This document shows, piece by piece, positions 50,371 to 59,600 of a stretch of 64,000 nt of DNA. A program made the translations under genes and the position numbers. Below the pieces are notes generated by a model. The model saw nothing but the letters and a program-made list of their open reading frames with translations. It had not been told where the DNA came from and did not search any database. Origin of the DNA: a virus; the IMG/VR virus record IMGVR_UViG_3300027419_000023. One strand, given 5' to 3'. The first letter of the stretch is position 1; each line of letters starts with the position of its first letter.

Positions 50371-51021
50371 TCACTCCATGTTACTATCTAGTATTTTAAC
50401 TTTTTGGTTTTCAATTACGGCGTATCGATAACGATCGGGACCGAACCCAACTTCGCAATACGGGTCAATGCTTACGAAGTTAATCAATTTAGGACCGTAC
50501 TTATCTATCCAGCCTGGTGGAGTATGGCCTACGATCTGACGTAGTCCGACTTTAGGTGCATAATATTCGCTAGGACGATACCACAGTATGGACTGGTCAC
50601 TCCAATGGTCTCGCAACGGCATGGCATTCAAATAGTCGGATATCTCGTGGGCCGTATTTAAGTCCATATCGAAGTACCTGTCGTAAAATACCTGAGATAA
50701 GCCAGCATGACTTATCAAAATGTCGTCTTGGTACGTTGACAACTTGAAACTATCAAACAGGGAATCTAACTTACTGTAAATTTCCTTGCCATACGTGGAC
50801 GTTGGATGGATATGCTGGCCGATCAGCGGAGCTAAGTCATGATTGCCCCACAATAATTCGGCATTGTTTTCCAATAGGACGTCCAGGCAGCCCATTGGGT
50901 CAGGTCCGATATCCAAAAGATCTCCAGAAAATATTAGACGGTCCCAGGACTTAGCGTGCTCTAGGACGTTCGTAACGAGATGTGGTTGACCGTGGCAATC
51001 TGAGAGTACTAATGTTTTCAT
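50371..51021 (-). CDS. Calcineurin-like metallophosphoesterase
   Basis: DxHG, GDLLD, GNHD, SHAG, GHT. Confidence 0.9.
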   Translation of the reverse strand: MKTLVLSDCHGQPHLVTNVLEHAKSWDRLIFSGDLLDIGPDPMGCLDVLLENNAELLWGNHDLAPLIGQHIHPTSTYGKEIYSKLDSLFDSFKLSTYQDDILISHAGLSQVFYDRYFDMDLNTAHEISDYLNAMPLRDHWSDQSILWYRPSEYYAPKVGLRQIVGHTPPGWIDKYGPKLINFVSIDPYCEVGFGPDRYRYAVIENQKVKILDSNME

Positions 51022-51524
51022 GAGGGTGGTATCTCCAGGTCGCCCGTAGGAGAAGTTACAATATCCAATTTGTTATGATCGCGGCAATCTTTGGTAACTT
51101 CGAGAGACTCAAAGAATTCCTTGTTATCTCTGTTTCTATGATTCTCGGCTAATCTATTGATCCGAGTCATAAGCTCATCCGGAATCTCTCGGTATAACTG
51201 GTCTAATGTGTCATCTCGCTGGCCGGACCAAGAATCTTGATCTGTTAACGATGGCCAGCCAAAACAAGACCATTCTGCATTGAACTTTATTTCCTGGAAG
51301 CCAACTGCCTTAAGTTCCCTGATCACATCCTCATGAATGTCTTGATATGAAACTCCGTCGTAACATATTCGGCGAGGGTTACTTTCAACTATGTCGGAGA
51401 GTACTTTTATTATAGCCTGGGAAACATATTCATGAAGTTGATCTGGAGTTAGTTCCTGGTCAAAAGCTAGTTGAGCGTATTCACTTTCCTCGTAGGAACC
51501 GAAGCCGACATTATAAATATACAT
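51018..51524 (-). CDS. Hypothetical protein
   Basis: GGAGGT RBS. Confidence 0.6.
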   Translation of the reverse strand: MYIYNVGFGSYEESEYAQLAFDQELTPDQLHEYVSQAIIKVLSDIVESNPRRICYDGVSYQDIHEDVIRELKAVGFQEIKFNAEWSCFGWPSLTDQDSWSGQRDDTLDQLYREIPDELMTRINRLAENHRNRDNKEFFESLEVTKDCRDHNKLDIVTSPTGDLEIPPS

Positions 51525-51773
51525 TTTAGACCTCCACGGTGATAATACTAATTGAATTGTTCATTTTTAACAAGTTTCCATTAAAATCTATTATATAGGT
51601 GTGGCCACTGTCGTTGAACGTGGTCCTCGCCAATATGACAATTGGTACTGACTGTGCTTGAACAGTTGTTTGAATTTCCTCGGAAGGCTCCTCTTCCAGG
51701 TATGTTAATAAAGTAACGGCACCCACGATTATTGTTGCGAGAGCCGCTAATACCGTTATGGTTTCAATTAGTT

Positions 51774-52214
51774 TCATTGCATTGCCTGAAGATATTCTAA
51801 AGCTGCTTGATATTTAGTACGCACCCGAATTTGGTCGGCTTCTGGCAAGCAACTCAACCTACTATCAGAGCTATTATCCCGGATGTCTGCTAGTTTGACC
51901 AGTCGGGCATCTCCAGTGGGATCATTTAGGATACGTTGCCAGTACTGCGGATTTGGTTCGTTCCGTATGTGAGTTAGGGCGACCAATGAATTAACCACGT
52001 TGTGAGGCAGGCCCATAGTAACCAAGTCCATAATGGTTGCTGGAGTGTCTTCAAGCACGTCATGTAGGACTGCAATACATTTCTGGTGTTCGGTTGTTAA
52101 CGTATTATCCAGCATGACCCGCAACGGATGATAAAGGTAAGGTAAACCTACTTTATCCAGTTGTCCGGAATGCTGTATGGTTGCGTATACGATAGAACGG
52201 TCTAATAAATTCAA
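51774..52214 (-). CDS. HD-domain hydrolase (SpoT-hydrolase/Mesh1-like)
   Basis: HxGQxDKxGxPYxxHP, LHDVLED, VKLADIxDN. Confidence 0.88.
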   Translation of the reverse strand: MNLLDRSIVYATIQHSGQLDKVGLPYLYHPLRVMLDNTLTTEHQKCIAVLHDVLEDTPATIMDLVTMGLPHNVVNSLVALTHIRNEPNPQYWQRILNDPTGDARLVKLADIRDNSSDSRLSCLPEADQIRVRTKYQAALEYLQAMQ

Positions 52215-52269
52215 TGATTAAACCTCCCTGGATTTAAGTACTTTATAGTACTATTTATACCTTTTGGAA

Positions 52270-52343
52270 TGCTAATGCCTGGATTCGAACCAGGGACCCT
52301 TTCCGAATGCGTACTCAGTACCATGCCGCTAGATTACATTAGC
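52270..52343 (-). tRNA. tRNA-like gene with non-canonical anticodon arm (T-ACG in loop; pseudo-tRNA?)
   Basis: 7-bp GCTAATG/CATTAGC acceptor and perfect CCTGG-TTCGAAT-CCAGG T-arm; anticodon loop is 6 or 8 nt. Confidence 0.6.
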
Positions 52344-52613
52344 AGAATTTTGTGCGTACTCGTTTAACCTGTTGTACCCGTACAACGAGCGCCTCGAACT
52401 CCGGCAGGTTCAATAGATCGTAGGTAGCGCCTTTCTACTTACTAATGACAGGAATTATTTACTTCACTAAAGTTTCCTTCTTGACCTTAGTGAAGTGCTC
52501 AACTGCAATACGTTTTATAATGGGTTCCGTGCCTTTGATCACATGTGGTGCTAAGCACCTGGTTCTGTCTGGTTCGATCTCTGGCCACATTACGTTACAA
52601 CCTATAGGTGTAA

Positions 52614-52686
52614 AGCCACGAGTCGGATTTGAACCGACAACCTGGCGATTACTGGTCGCCTGCACTTCCAATTGTGCTTCCGTGGC
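52614..52686 (-). tRNA. tRNA-Thr(AGT)
   Basis: GCCACGG acceptor, GCAC/GTGC D-arm, GGCGA-CCAGTAA-TCGCC, GTCGG-TTCAAAT-CCGAC, U73. Confidence 0.82.
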
Positions 52687-52690
52687 AAAT

Positions 52691-52760
52691 TAGGTACGCC
52701 GGATTCGAACCGGTCATCCTTGTAGGACTTTTCCAACTATCGGCTTCCTGCCCGTACCTA
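52691..52760 (-). tRNA. Degenerate tRNA-Ser(GGA)-like element, 8/4 acceptor/T fold
   Basis: TAGGTACG/CGTACCTA, CCGG-TTCGAAT-CCGG, TT-GGA-AA loop with weak stem, extra TCCT/AGGA arm. Confidence 0.45.
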
Positions 52761-53377
52761 ACTTTTTTTTTGCCGCATCCGCCGCGCCACTAGGTATATT
52801 ATACGGCTCCTAGTACCTTATTGCCATAAATAACTTTACTTCATTTATGGTAATAATGACTACTTGTTATTAGTATTTAAAGCTTTTGGTACTTCATATT
52901 TCCAAATATTTCGGAGTTCCTGCTTATACATCAGCCTTCTGTGCTTCGATCTCTGCCAGTCATAACAATACGAACACTTATGGCGTTCCTGCTGTTTATA
53001 AGGATGGTACTCCAAATCGGAGTACTTTACCCGAGATACAAAGCCTTTCTTATTGTAGGCTCGTATAGTGCCGGTCATGTTTGTTACTGCATTCGTTCCT
53101 GATCGTAATGTATGTCAATGCAATAAATAATACTATCAGTCGTTCCTAATTCAACATGCTTTACGATATTACTATTACTAGGTCGATCATTTTTATACTT
53201 CTCTTCCATTTGCGAAGCAATCTTCCTTAGCTCCTCTGGAGTCGTGAACCAATGCATCGTGTTTTCTATGAAACCGTTATCCATTATGGTCATCTCCTTG
53301 GTATAGTTAGTAATAGTTGCTTTACTATAAATAGTTTTTGGTTGGATAATTTTATAAAAAAAAATAAAAAAGATTTC

Positions 53378-54118
53378 CTAATGTAACCTTCTCGGTACAT
53401 TAGTTGACTGGACTTTGTAAACCGTATTGGACGTAATCGGCCTCGGTTCTTCATCTCGGAATGCAATCCTAAGGTAAATTACGGTCTCTGGCTCGTCATA
53501 CGACAACTGGTTTATTTCAGAGAATCGCTGATGGCTGTGACCACTAAGGCCTACTCCGCCGCCTGTTAGATTATTGCTATGGCAACAGGACGTCGTAACA
53601 CAACTAGACGGTTCATAATTTCTGGTAACATTACATAATTTATTATTGACAGCCGTACTGTAATAGTGTCCATCATAGTAATAGTTGTCAAATTCAGTTA
53701 TTTTCTTATGACAATCAGAATAATAGTATGGCCATGTATAGTCCCAAGTAATCTGAACTTTGTTATCCTGTTGATTGCCTGGCTTCCAGACGACTTTGAT
53801 TAGGCCGTTATCGTTGCTGGTTGGGTCTAAGCCGATTTGTTCGGCTTCCTGGCTGTCATTGCGATATGCAGTAAATTTACCGAAGTCATTAACAGGATGC
53901 TCTATTGTAATGCTCTGGTTTGCCGGTACTCGAAAAGTTCCTATGTAGCGGCCTTGTACCCAAACTTCGGCATCTGAGGGCTTATTAGCACCGCAATACT
54001 TATGGCCGTTATGCAAGCGCAGTGAAAAGTTTTGACCATGCCTTAATACTACGTGTCCTTCTGACGTTTCTTCTTGTGCCTGTGGCACGTTCACACTAAA
54101 TCCGTTTAAACTAGACAT
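53378..54118 (-). CDS. Hypothetical beta-rich protein
   Basis: GGAG RBS before ATG 54118. Confidence 0.6.
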   Translation of the reverse strand: MSSLNGFSVNVPQAQEETSEGHVVLRHGQNFSLRLHNGHKYCGANKPSDAEVWVQGRYIGTFRVPANQSITIEHPVNDFGKFTAYRNDSQEAEQIGLDPTSNDNGLIKVVWKPGNQQDNKVQITWDYTWPYYYSDCHKKITEFDNYYYDGHYYSTAVNNKLCNVTRNYEPSSCVTTSCCHSNNLTGGGVGLSGHSHQRFSEINQLSYDEPETVIYLRIAFRDEEPRPITSNTVYKVQSTNVPRRLH

Positions 54119-54252
54119 ATTTGTTACTCCATTCGAAAGCCGTTCTGGCAATCGGAGTGCCCTACCAATGAGGGCTACAAATAAACACCTCCTAAAAATA
54201 AGTACGCCAAGAGTTATTTCTTGGGCTTTGGTTTACATTTACCTGGCATAGT

Positions 54253-54690
54253 TTAGGCTCCTACCTTAAAGGGCTTCTTGCCCATGCTTGGATTCTTAGC
54301 GATATAGCACTGAGGGTTAATACCGTACTTGGCCATATAGGGATATTTTCCGAGGGCTTTACCGCCACTACCAGGTCTATATACAGTAACACCCAGATCG
54401 GAATACGAACCAGCAGGTATCTTTTCCTTGGTCGGATCTAGCATGGGTAAACATCCGCACCAATCTTCATCCTCGGAAACTTCTCCGACCCAACTGTCAA
54501 TAAGGGATTCTTCTTCTGGCACAGTGTCATCTAGCTTTAAGGCCCTGCAACATTCTGGACAGCTTACTAGAACTTTTCCTCCCATTTCCTTCTTATGTCT
54601 CAACGCTAGCTTAATTTCTCGTGCTTTAATCTCGATGTCCTTTTCGCATACTGGACATATTGTACTTATCTTAGTTGTCTTAGTTGTCAT
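54253..54690 (-). CDS. Zn-binding hypothetical protein
   Basis: CPVC...CPEC. Confidence 0.6.
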   Translation of the reverse strand: MTTKTTKISTICPVCEKDIEIKAREIKLALRHKKEMGGKVLVSCPECCRALKLDDTVPEEESLIDSWVGEVSEDEDWCGCLPMLDPTKEKIPAGSYSDLGVTVYRPGSGGKALGKYPYMAKYGINPQCYIAKNPSMGKKPFKVGA

Positions 54691-54708
54691 TGTTAATTAT
54701 CTCCGTAT

Positions 54709-55248
54709 TTATACCTTTTGGTCGTTGTCTTCCATCGTAGCAAGGAACTTTTCGTACGCTTTGATCTGGTCATCTGTCCACGTATCCATTAGGGCCACGT
54801 CTGGGTCCACGCTTGATTCTACACGAACCGTCTGTATGGGAGGCCTTAGCGCAAGATAGTTCTTACTTAATTGGTCATAGAGTTTGACGTACTTCTCATG
54901 CCAATGTTTGTTTCGGCTACCGTCATCTCCGACTTCCAGGACAAATTCATTGCTAGTTCCGTCTAGAATGTCTTCGATACGTTCCAATTCTTTTTCGTAG
55001 CGAGCTAAAATCTTAGGTGCGTATCCAGATACCCTCTCAGCTATTGTCTGGCTAAGATGAGCATCTGCAGTTCTGGTAGCCTCTTCTGCGTGTTGTCTTG
55101 CTTTTCTAACATGTTCCCATATTCCTACTTCTGAAACATCCACACCAAATTTTTCATGTAGTATCTTTTTTAATTCCGGAGTAGAAAGAGAACAATTATC
55201 AAGAATATATTTTTTTGCTTCCGGTGTTATTACATACGGTGTTGCCAT
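54709..55248 (-). CDS. Putative terminase small subunit
   Basis: N-terminal HTH-like segment, long helices, acidic C-terminus; downstream of an internal late motif. Confidence 0.45.
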   Translation of the reverse strand: MATPYVITPEAKKYILDNCSLSTPELKKILHEKFGVDVSEVGIWEHVRKARQHAEEATRTADAHLSQTIAERVSGYAPKILARYEKELERIEDILDGTSNEFVLEVGDDGSRNKHWHEKYVKLYDQLSKNYLALRPPIQTVRVESSVDPDVALMDTWTDDQIKAYEKFLATMEDNDQKV

Positions 55249-55249
55249 A

Positions 55250-55735
55250 TCAAACCTTTCTTAAATCCCGTGCAGTACGCTTCCAGATTTTTTTACCGCC
55301 TTCGGTAGAATATTCCATTTCGTATCCGTCTTTCATCATAGTCGGTAGACCTGTTTCTGGATTAATACGTTCTCTAGGAGCATTTCCGATTGTCTTATAT
55401 AATTCATCATGACGTTTAATTATGTCGTCGATTTGTTTTCCGCTATTTAATCTATCCATGGCAAGTTTAGCAAAATCTTTATCCCGGAAGGCATATTTTT
55501 TACCATTTGCGGAAGTGACTACAAATCTATTACGGCCTTCCTGTTCTGTCATGACGGACTTGTTAGAATCAGCTACTTTTTCCTGTGATTGTCCTTCATC
55601 AGATGATTTACCTCCACAACTACCAGGTCCAGTTCCGTTTTGTTCTTCTGCTTTACACCGATAATTCATCTTTATGTCGTCAGATTCAGTAAGGTATAAA
55701 GGTCCGGTTGTTTTTTTACTAATAATATATTTCAT
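55250..55735 (-). CDS. Tagged small protein (putative virion cargo)
   Basis: IKMNYRCKAEEQNGTGPGSCGG. Confidence 0.7.
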   Translation of the reverse strand: MKYIISKKTTGPLYLTESDDIKMNYRCKAEEQNGTGPGSCGGKSSDEGQSQEKVADSNKSVMTEQEGRNRFVVTSANGKKYAFRDKDFAKLAMDRLNSGKQIDDIIKRHDELYKTIGNAPRERINPETGLPTMMKDGYEMEYSTEGGKKIWKRTARDLRKV

Positions 55736-56087
55736 AATTCCTCATAGTAATGATAATGCGTTTAATAATTGTAATTCCAGATGGCGACTTTGGGTCTCCC
55801 TACATTTCTGGATAAGCCGGTTTGCCAGCTTGACCAAGTATCTTGGATTACTTCTATTATATTTAACGTTGGCAATTAATTCTGTTAGGACAGCCACCCT
55901 AGTTTCCAAATCAAAACTAACCGAATGTTCGTAGGGCTCATCGATAACGATATTCTTGTATTCTCGGATAGGATTCAGTTCAGGAATTTCATCTAGCTCT
56001 AGCCAGAATCTTGCTTCGTCATCCAAAATATTCAGGTCCACGAAACGCTCAATGGACGTTAAAATAAGTTCTTCCATGGAATATTGG

Positions 56088-56594
56088 TCACCCGTAGCTC
56101 ATTACACTAACGTCTTTTGGTACGGTAACTGTATTCTTTTCAGCATCTTCTTTGGCTCTAGCTTCCTGAGCTTTCTGCACGACATAATCGATCGTAGACC
56201 GTTTGATTGAGGAGAAGGTTTCCAGAGACATTTCTGGTTGCAGGTCTACAATTACCACATCCGGACTAGTAATGGTGCCCTGACTGTTGTATTCCTTGCC
56301 AGTTTTTGCATCAACTTCGTGTAGGAAAAAGTCTATTCCTGCAAACGAATTTGGTTTTACATCAGTAGCAAAATATTTTTGGCCGCCGGAAAACAAAATA
56401 TATCGAGCTGGTGATTCAGTTTGAGGAACATTCTCAGACTCCTCGCAATCCGGACATTCGCATTCCGGCTGGCTTTCTGACATAGCATCCAGGAAATCGT
56501 CAATGAATGCATTGAAACGTTCGTCGAGTTCCTTGAGTAATCCTTCCCGGAATTCAGCTAGATCTTCCTTAGTAACGATAATATCTTCAGTCAT
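56088..56594 (-). CDS. Acidic hypothetical protein
   Basis: GAGGT RBS; CECPDC. Confidence 0.6.
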   Translation of the reverse strand: MTEDIIVTKEDLAEFREGLLKELDERFNAFIDDFLDAMSESQPECECPDCEESENVPQTESPARYILFSGGQKYFATDVKPNSFAGIDFFLHEVDAKTGKEYNSQGTITSPDVVIVDLQPEMSLETFSSIKRSTIDYVVQKAQEARAKEDAEKNTVTVPKDVSVMSYG

Positions 56595-57164
56595 TTAACC
56601 TCTCTTTGAATTCTTTGAATACGCACGTGTATAATAATAATCTACAGCACCTTCGTCTATATCTTCCCAGTACTGACGGTAAATATTTGACGCGAAACTA
56701 TATTTATTACTGTATTTCCTAGTTGAATACTCTAAGTTTCTTTCAAGCGTAATAGCTGGAATATCTATTATTAGGAAGCATACAGTACATACAAGATCGC
56801 CGTGGTCATCGTACCGTAATAATCCGCCGCACTGGTCACAGAACAGCCTCTTTTCTTGGTTCCAGTCTTCGCAGCAACCTACCCGACTACTATAGCTATC
56901 AGGCGGTTTACTAAATTTTGCTTGGCTGTGCCGATCTATTACATATCGTTGCTTCTCTTCCAGTGTATCGAATAAAATAATTTGTTTATTAATCAATATA
57001 AAGGGCTGCTGGGGAGATTTTACGTCTCCGTGAGCATTATATTGCTTTTGCTTCTTGATATAACATTCCTTACAATACGTGTGGAGATGACTATATGTGT
57101 CGTCCCGGTAATAAGCATTTTGCGAATTCAATAGTTTTCCGCATTTTCGGCACGTCGAGAACAT
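56595..57164 (-). CDS. Double zinc-finger protein with TFB/TFIIB-type zinc ribbon
   Basis: CRKC..CKEC at the N-terminus; CDQCGG.LRYDD.GDLVCTVC.LII. Confidence 0.65.
   Translation of the reverse strand: MFSTCRKCGKLLNSQNAYYRDDTYSHLHTYCKECYIKKQKQYNAHGDVKSPQQPFILINKQIILFDTLEEKQRYVIDRHSQAKFSKPPDSYSSRVGCCEDWNQEKRLFCDQCGGLLRYDDHGDLVCTVCFLIIDIPAITLERNLEYSTRKYSNKYSFASNIYRQYWEDIDEGAVDYYYTRAYSKNSKRG
56990..57026 (-). promoter_or_regulatory. Late-promoter-like motif inside the TFB-ribbon gene
   Basis: GACGTAAAA-N15-TTTATATTGATTA. Confidence 0.6.
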
Positions 57165-57491
57165 CCTCTTGAACCAAATTTCGATACATTCAGCTGTTAG
57201 AATTTCTTGGGAAATAGTAGCGCCACCTTAGAAAAATAGATTTGATAAAATAGTAACTAAGGTATTATATAATATACTAGTATATAAAGGTTTTGGTTGA
57301 AAAAAATTTATTTCTTGTCTTCTTCTCGACTAATTACATTGCCGTCTTTATCTAGATTTATGAATAACTTTAATGCAGTACAATACGTAGCAAATGTACA
57401 CATATCATTCACCCACTTAACTTTCGCGATAAGTGCAATACATTTCTCACCAATACAAGGCATTCTTGTAAATGGACATATAGGAGCATTA

Positions 57492-57839
57492 CTATTCATG
57501 GATGGTTACCTCCCTAGATTCTTCTATCCGTTTCCGGCACTCAGGACACCTTCTAGCTAACTCGATTAAGTTAGCCTCAGAATCAACGTGACCTTCATGC
57601 CAGGACTTGAATTCAGGTAGTGGACTTTTATGGTTATAACTGCGACGAGCCATCTCTTGCGCAAGTTCGTCGTGACGACTCCTTATGTTATGGACTTCAA
57701 CTAATCCCGTCGTAATGTACTTGGTACCAGACAACCTCTTACCATGTAGTATTGTGCCGACTAAAGTATGACATTCCCTATGCTCTGCGTTTAAATGACG
57801 GAAACATTCTAATCTTGGGTCAACCATCCACATTCTCAT
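57492..57839 (-). CDS. Pyrimidine-dimer DNA glycosylase (T4 endonuclease V-like)
   Basis: MRMW.V.P....HL.AEHRECH...RHDELAQEM.RR.Y.H.SP. Confidence 0.85.
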   Translation of the reverse strand: MRMWMVDPRLECFRHLNAEHRECHTLVGTILHGKRLSGTKYITTGLVEVHNIRSRHDELAQEMARRSYNHKSPLPEFKSWHEGHVDSEANLIELARRCPECRKRIEESREVTIHE

Positions 57840-58074
57840 AGTTTGTTATACGTGTTTTTACTAAATAAATGTTTTGGTCGAGAAAATACATAACTAGCAA
57901 TAAATATTTTAAGTTTTCACGCAATTTTAGGTCGGTGTATTCCTCGTTTTCGCTAACTCTTTGTCTACTTGTTTCTCTCGTTCTGCATATTCTTCATTGG
58001 TCACAAAACGTAGTCCTTTTGAAATCGGTCTAAATATAAATTCGTATCCAAAAAATGTAAATCGCATGTCTTAC

Positions 58075-58782
58075 CTATCCTCTGTGAATCTTCTCTAAGG
58101 CGGCTTGCGACTCTCGCTCAATACGTTCGCCTTTTTCTTTGGCTGACATCCAAGGCAGATCAACGTCTTTGTAATGCTCTTTTATCTGCTCTCTGTCGAT
58201 TTCTTCCCATATCAAAGCTCCTTTTGCCGCTAGGAATTCTTTCTCTAGCCTATCAATATATGCCGCTTTCACATACTTCTCACCATTGATTTCTATAGGG
58301 CCATCTGGTTCATATGCGGTTTTGTATCCTTGCAAGCCAAGCTCTTTGGTAGCCCACTTATTCCAATTATCTCTTACTGATTGTGGTATTTCTCGCGTCC
58401 AATCGCAATATGGCCATCTCAGGTCGTTTGGCAGCCTGCCGCAATTGCATGAGGTATACTAGCCGATTTGAGCCGTTCGATCTATTGCGATCTGTTGCCA
58501 TTTGACAAGCTCTTTCATCAGGTCGCCAATATCTTCATCCCGGCGCGTCATGTTTGCCTTCGCCGCGCATTCCAGTACTCGGAGGCGTTTAATCTCCGCA
58601 AATATTTCAGGATATTCCTTAGCCAGTTGTGCAGCAGCATCTATCGTGTAATCATGAAACGCTTTGCCATCGCTTGATAATTTGTTTGCTCGCTCTTGGA
58701 TGAGAGCTGCTTTCAAGATATCAATCTGTTTATTGAGTGTCGCGTGATACTCATCGCATACATCACAGTCTGCTCGGCTCAT
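58075..58782 (-). CDS. Hypothetical protein interrupted by one in-frame TAG (58459-58461)
   Basis: ORFs 58459-58782 and 58075-58335 are in one frame with 41 open codons between. Confidence 0.55.
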
Positions 58783-59600
58783 AGTTTTCCCTCCCGGTGA
58801 AGTTGCTCGCGGGCCTCATCAACAACTATCGGTTCGTATCGTGCCCAATGTCCTACGGAATCTCCTGGCACATGACATATCCGCCTGGCTCGTTCTTCCA
58901 CCAGTGCATTGCCACGCTCTCGCTTCGCCTGGCCGAGCTTCTTGAGGGCGGTGCGCTGCTTGGCGATGAGTCGATCCTTATCATCATCTGTCAATATTTG
59001 GCGCACTAGTTGCCGATTCTCTTCTTCCAGCTCGGCTATTCGCTCAATCGCCAGTTTAGCCAGTATCCACGGCGCGTCATCAGTGCCCAATATAGCAGCG
59101 ACCCTTTCATGCACGCCCCGCTCACTGTGGAATCCACTTTTGTAATACTCCAGGTCTGCTTCCAACTCCGCTATGTGCTTGGCTTGCCCTTCATATTGAT
59201 CTATCCAAAATTTGGCGGTATCTAGTGCGAATTGTGTTCTTTTTGATGGGCCCAACACAGCCATGTTGCTAAATTCCTTTTCTCTTGCTTGTAGCCGCTC
59301 GATTTCATCCAACTCCTTCCCACGTTTGCCAGATCGCTTTCCGAGTACCTTAAGGGCAGCTTTCTGTTTCTCTATTATCAACGTGTCCGAATCCACCATG
59401 TACTGAAGATCTAAATTCCTATGGTTACTTTCGACTACCTTTTGTTCAAGCTTAGTAACTTGTTTACGAAGGTTAACAATCTCATCCCGTGCCCAAAATA
59501 ATTGCCGGCAAGCTTCTTTTACATACGGTTGATTACAATATGGTGAATTCTTACATTCAATAAGGACTCGTTGGGTCTCTTGCATACTAAAGTTGGTCAT
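58779..59600 (-). CDS. Coiled-coil protein with internal repeats
   Basis: IxKQxxALKxLG and IAELE each occur twice. Confidence 0.6.
   Translation of the reverse strand: MTNFSMQETQRVLIECKNSPYCNQPYVKEACRQLFWARDEIVNLRKQVTKLEQKVVESNHRNLDLQYMVDSDTLIIEKQKAALKVLGKRSGKRGKELDEIERLQAREKEFSNMAVLGPSKRTQFALDTAKFWIDQYEGQAKHIAELEADLEYYKSGFHSERGVHERVAAILGTDDAPWILAKLAIERIAELEEENRQLVRQILTDDDKDRLIAKQRTALKKLGQAKRERGNALVEERARRICHVPGDSVGHWARYEPIVVDEAREQLHREGKL

Noticed and set aside
52543-52590. Plus-strand GGTTCGATC T-loop-like hairpin
   Set aside because: Mismatched stem, opposite strand to the other tRNA elements, and possibly coding
52445-52693. ORFs 52445-52693 (+) and 52459-52671 (-)
   Set aside because: They overlap the tRNA-Thr; at most a shorter minus-strand ORF (MWPEIEP...) is possible
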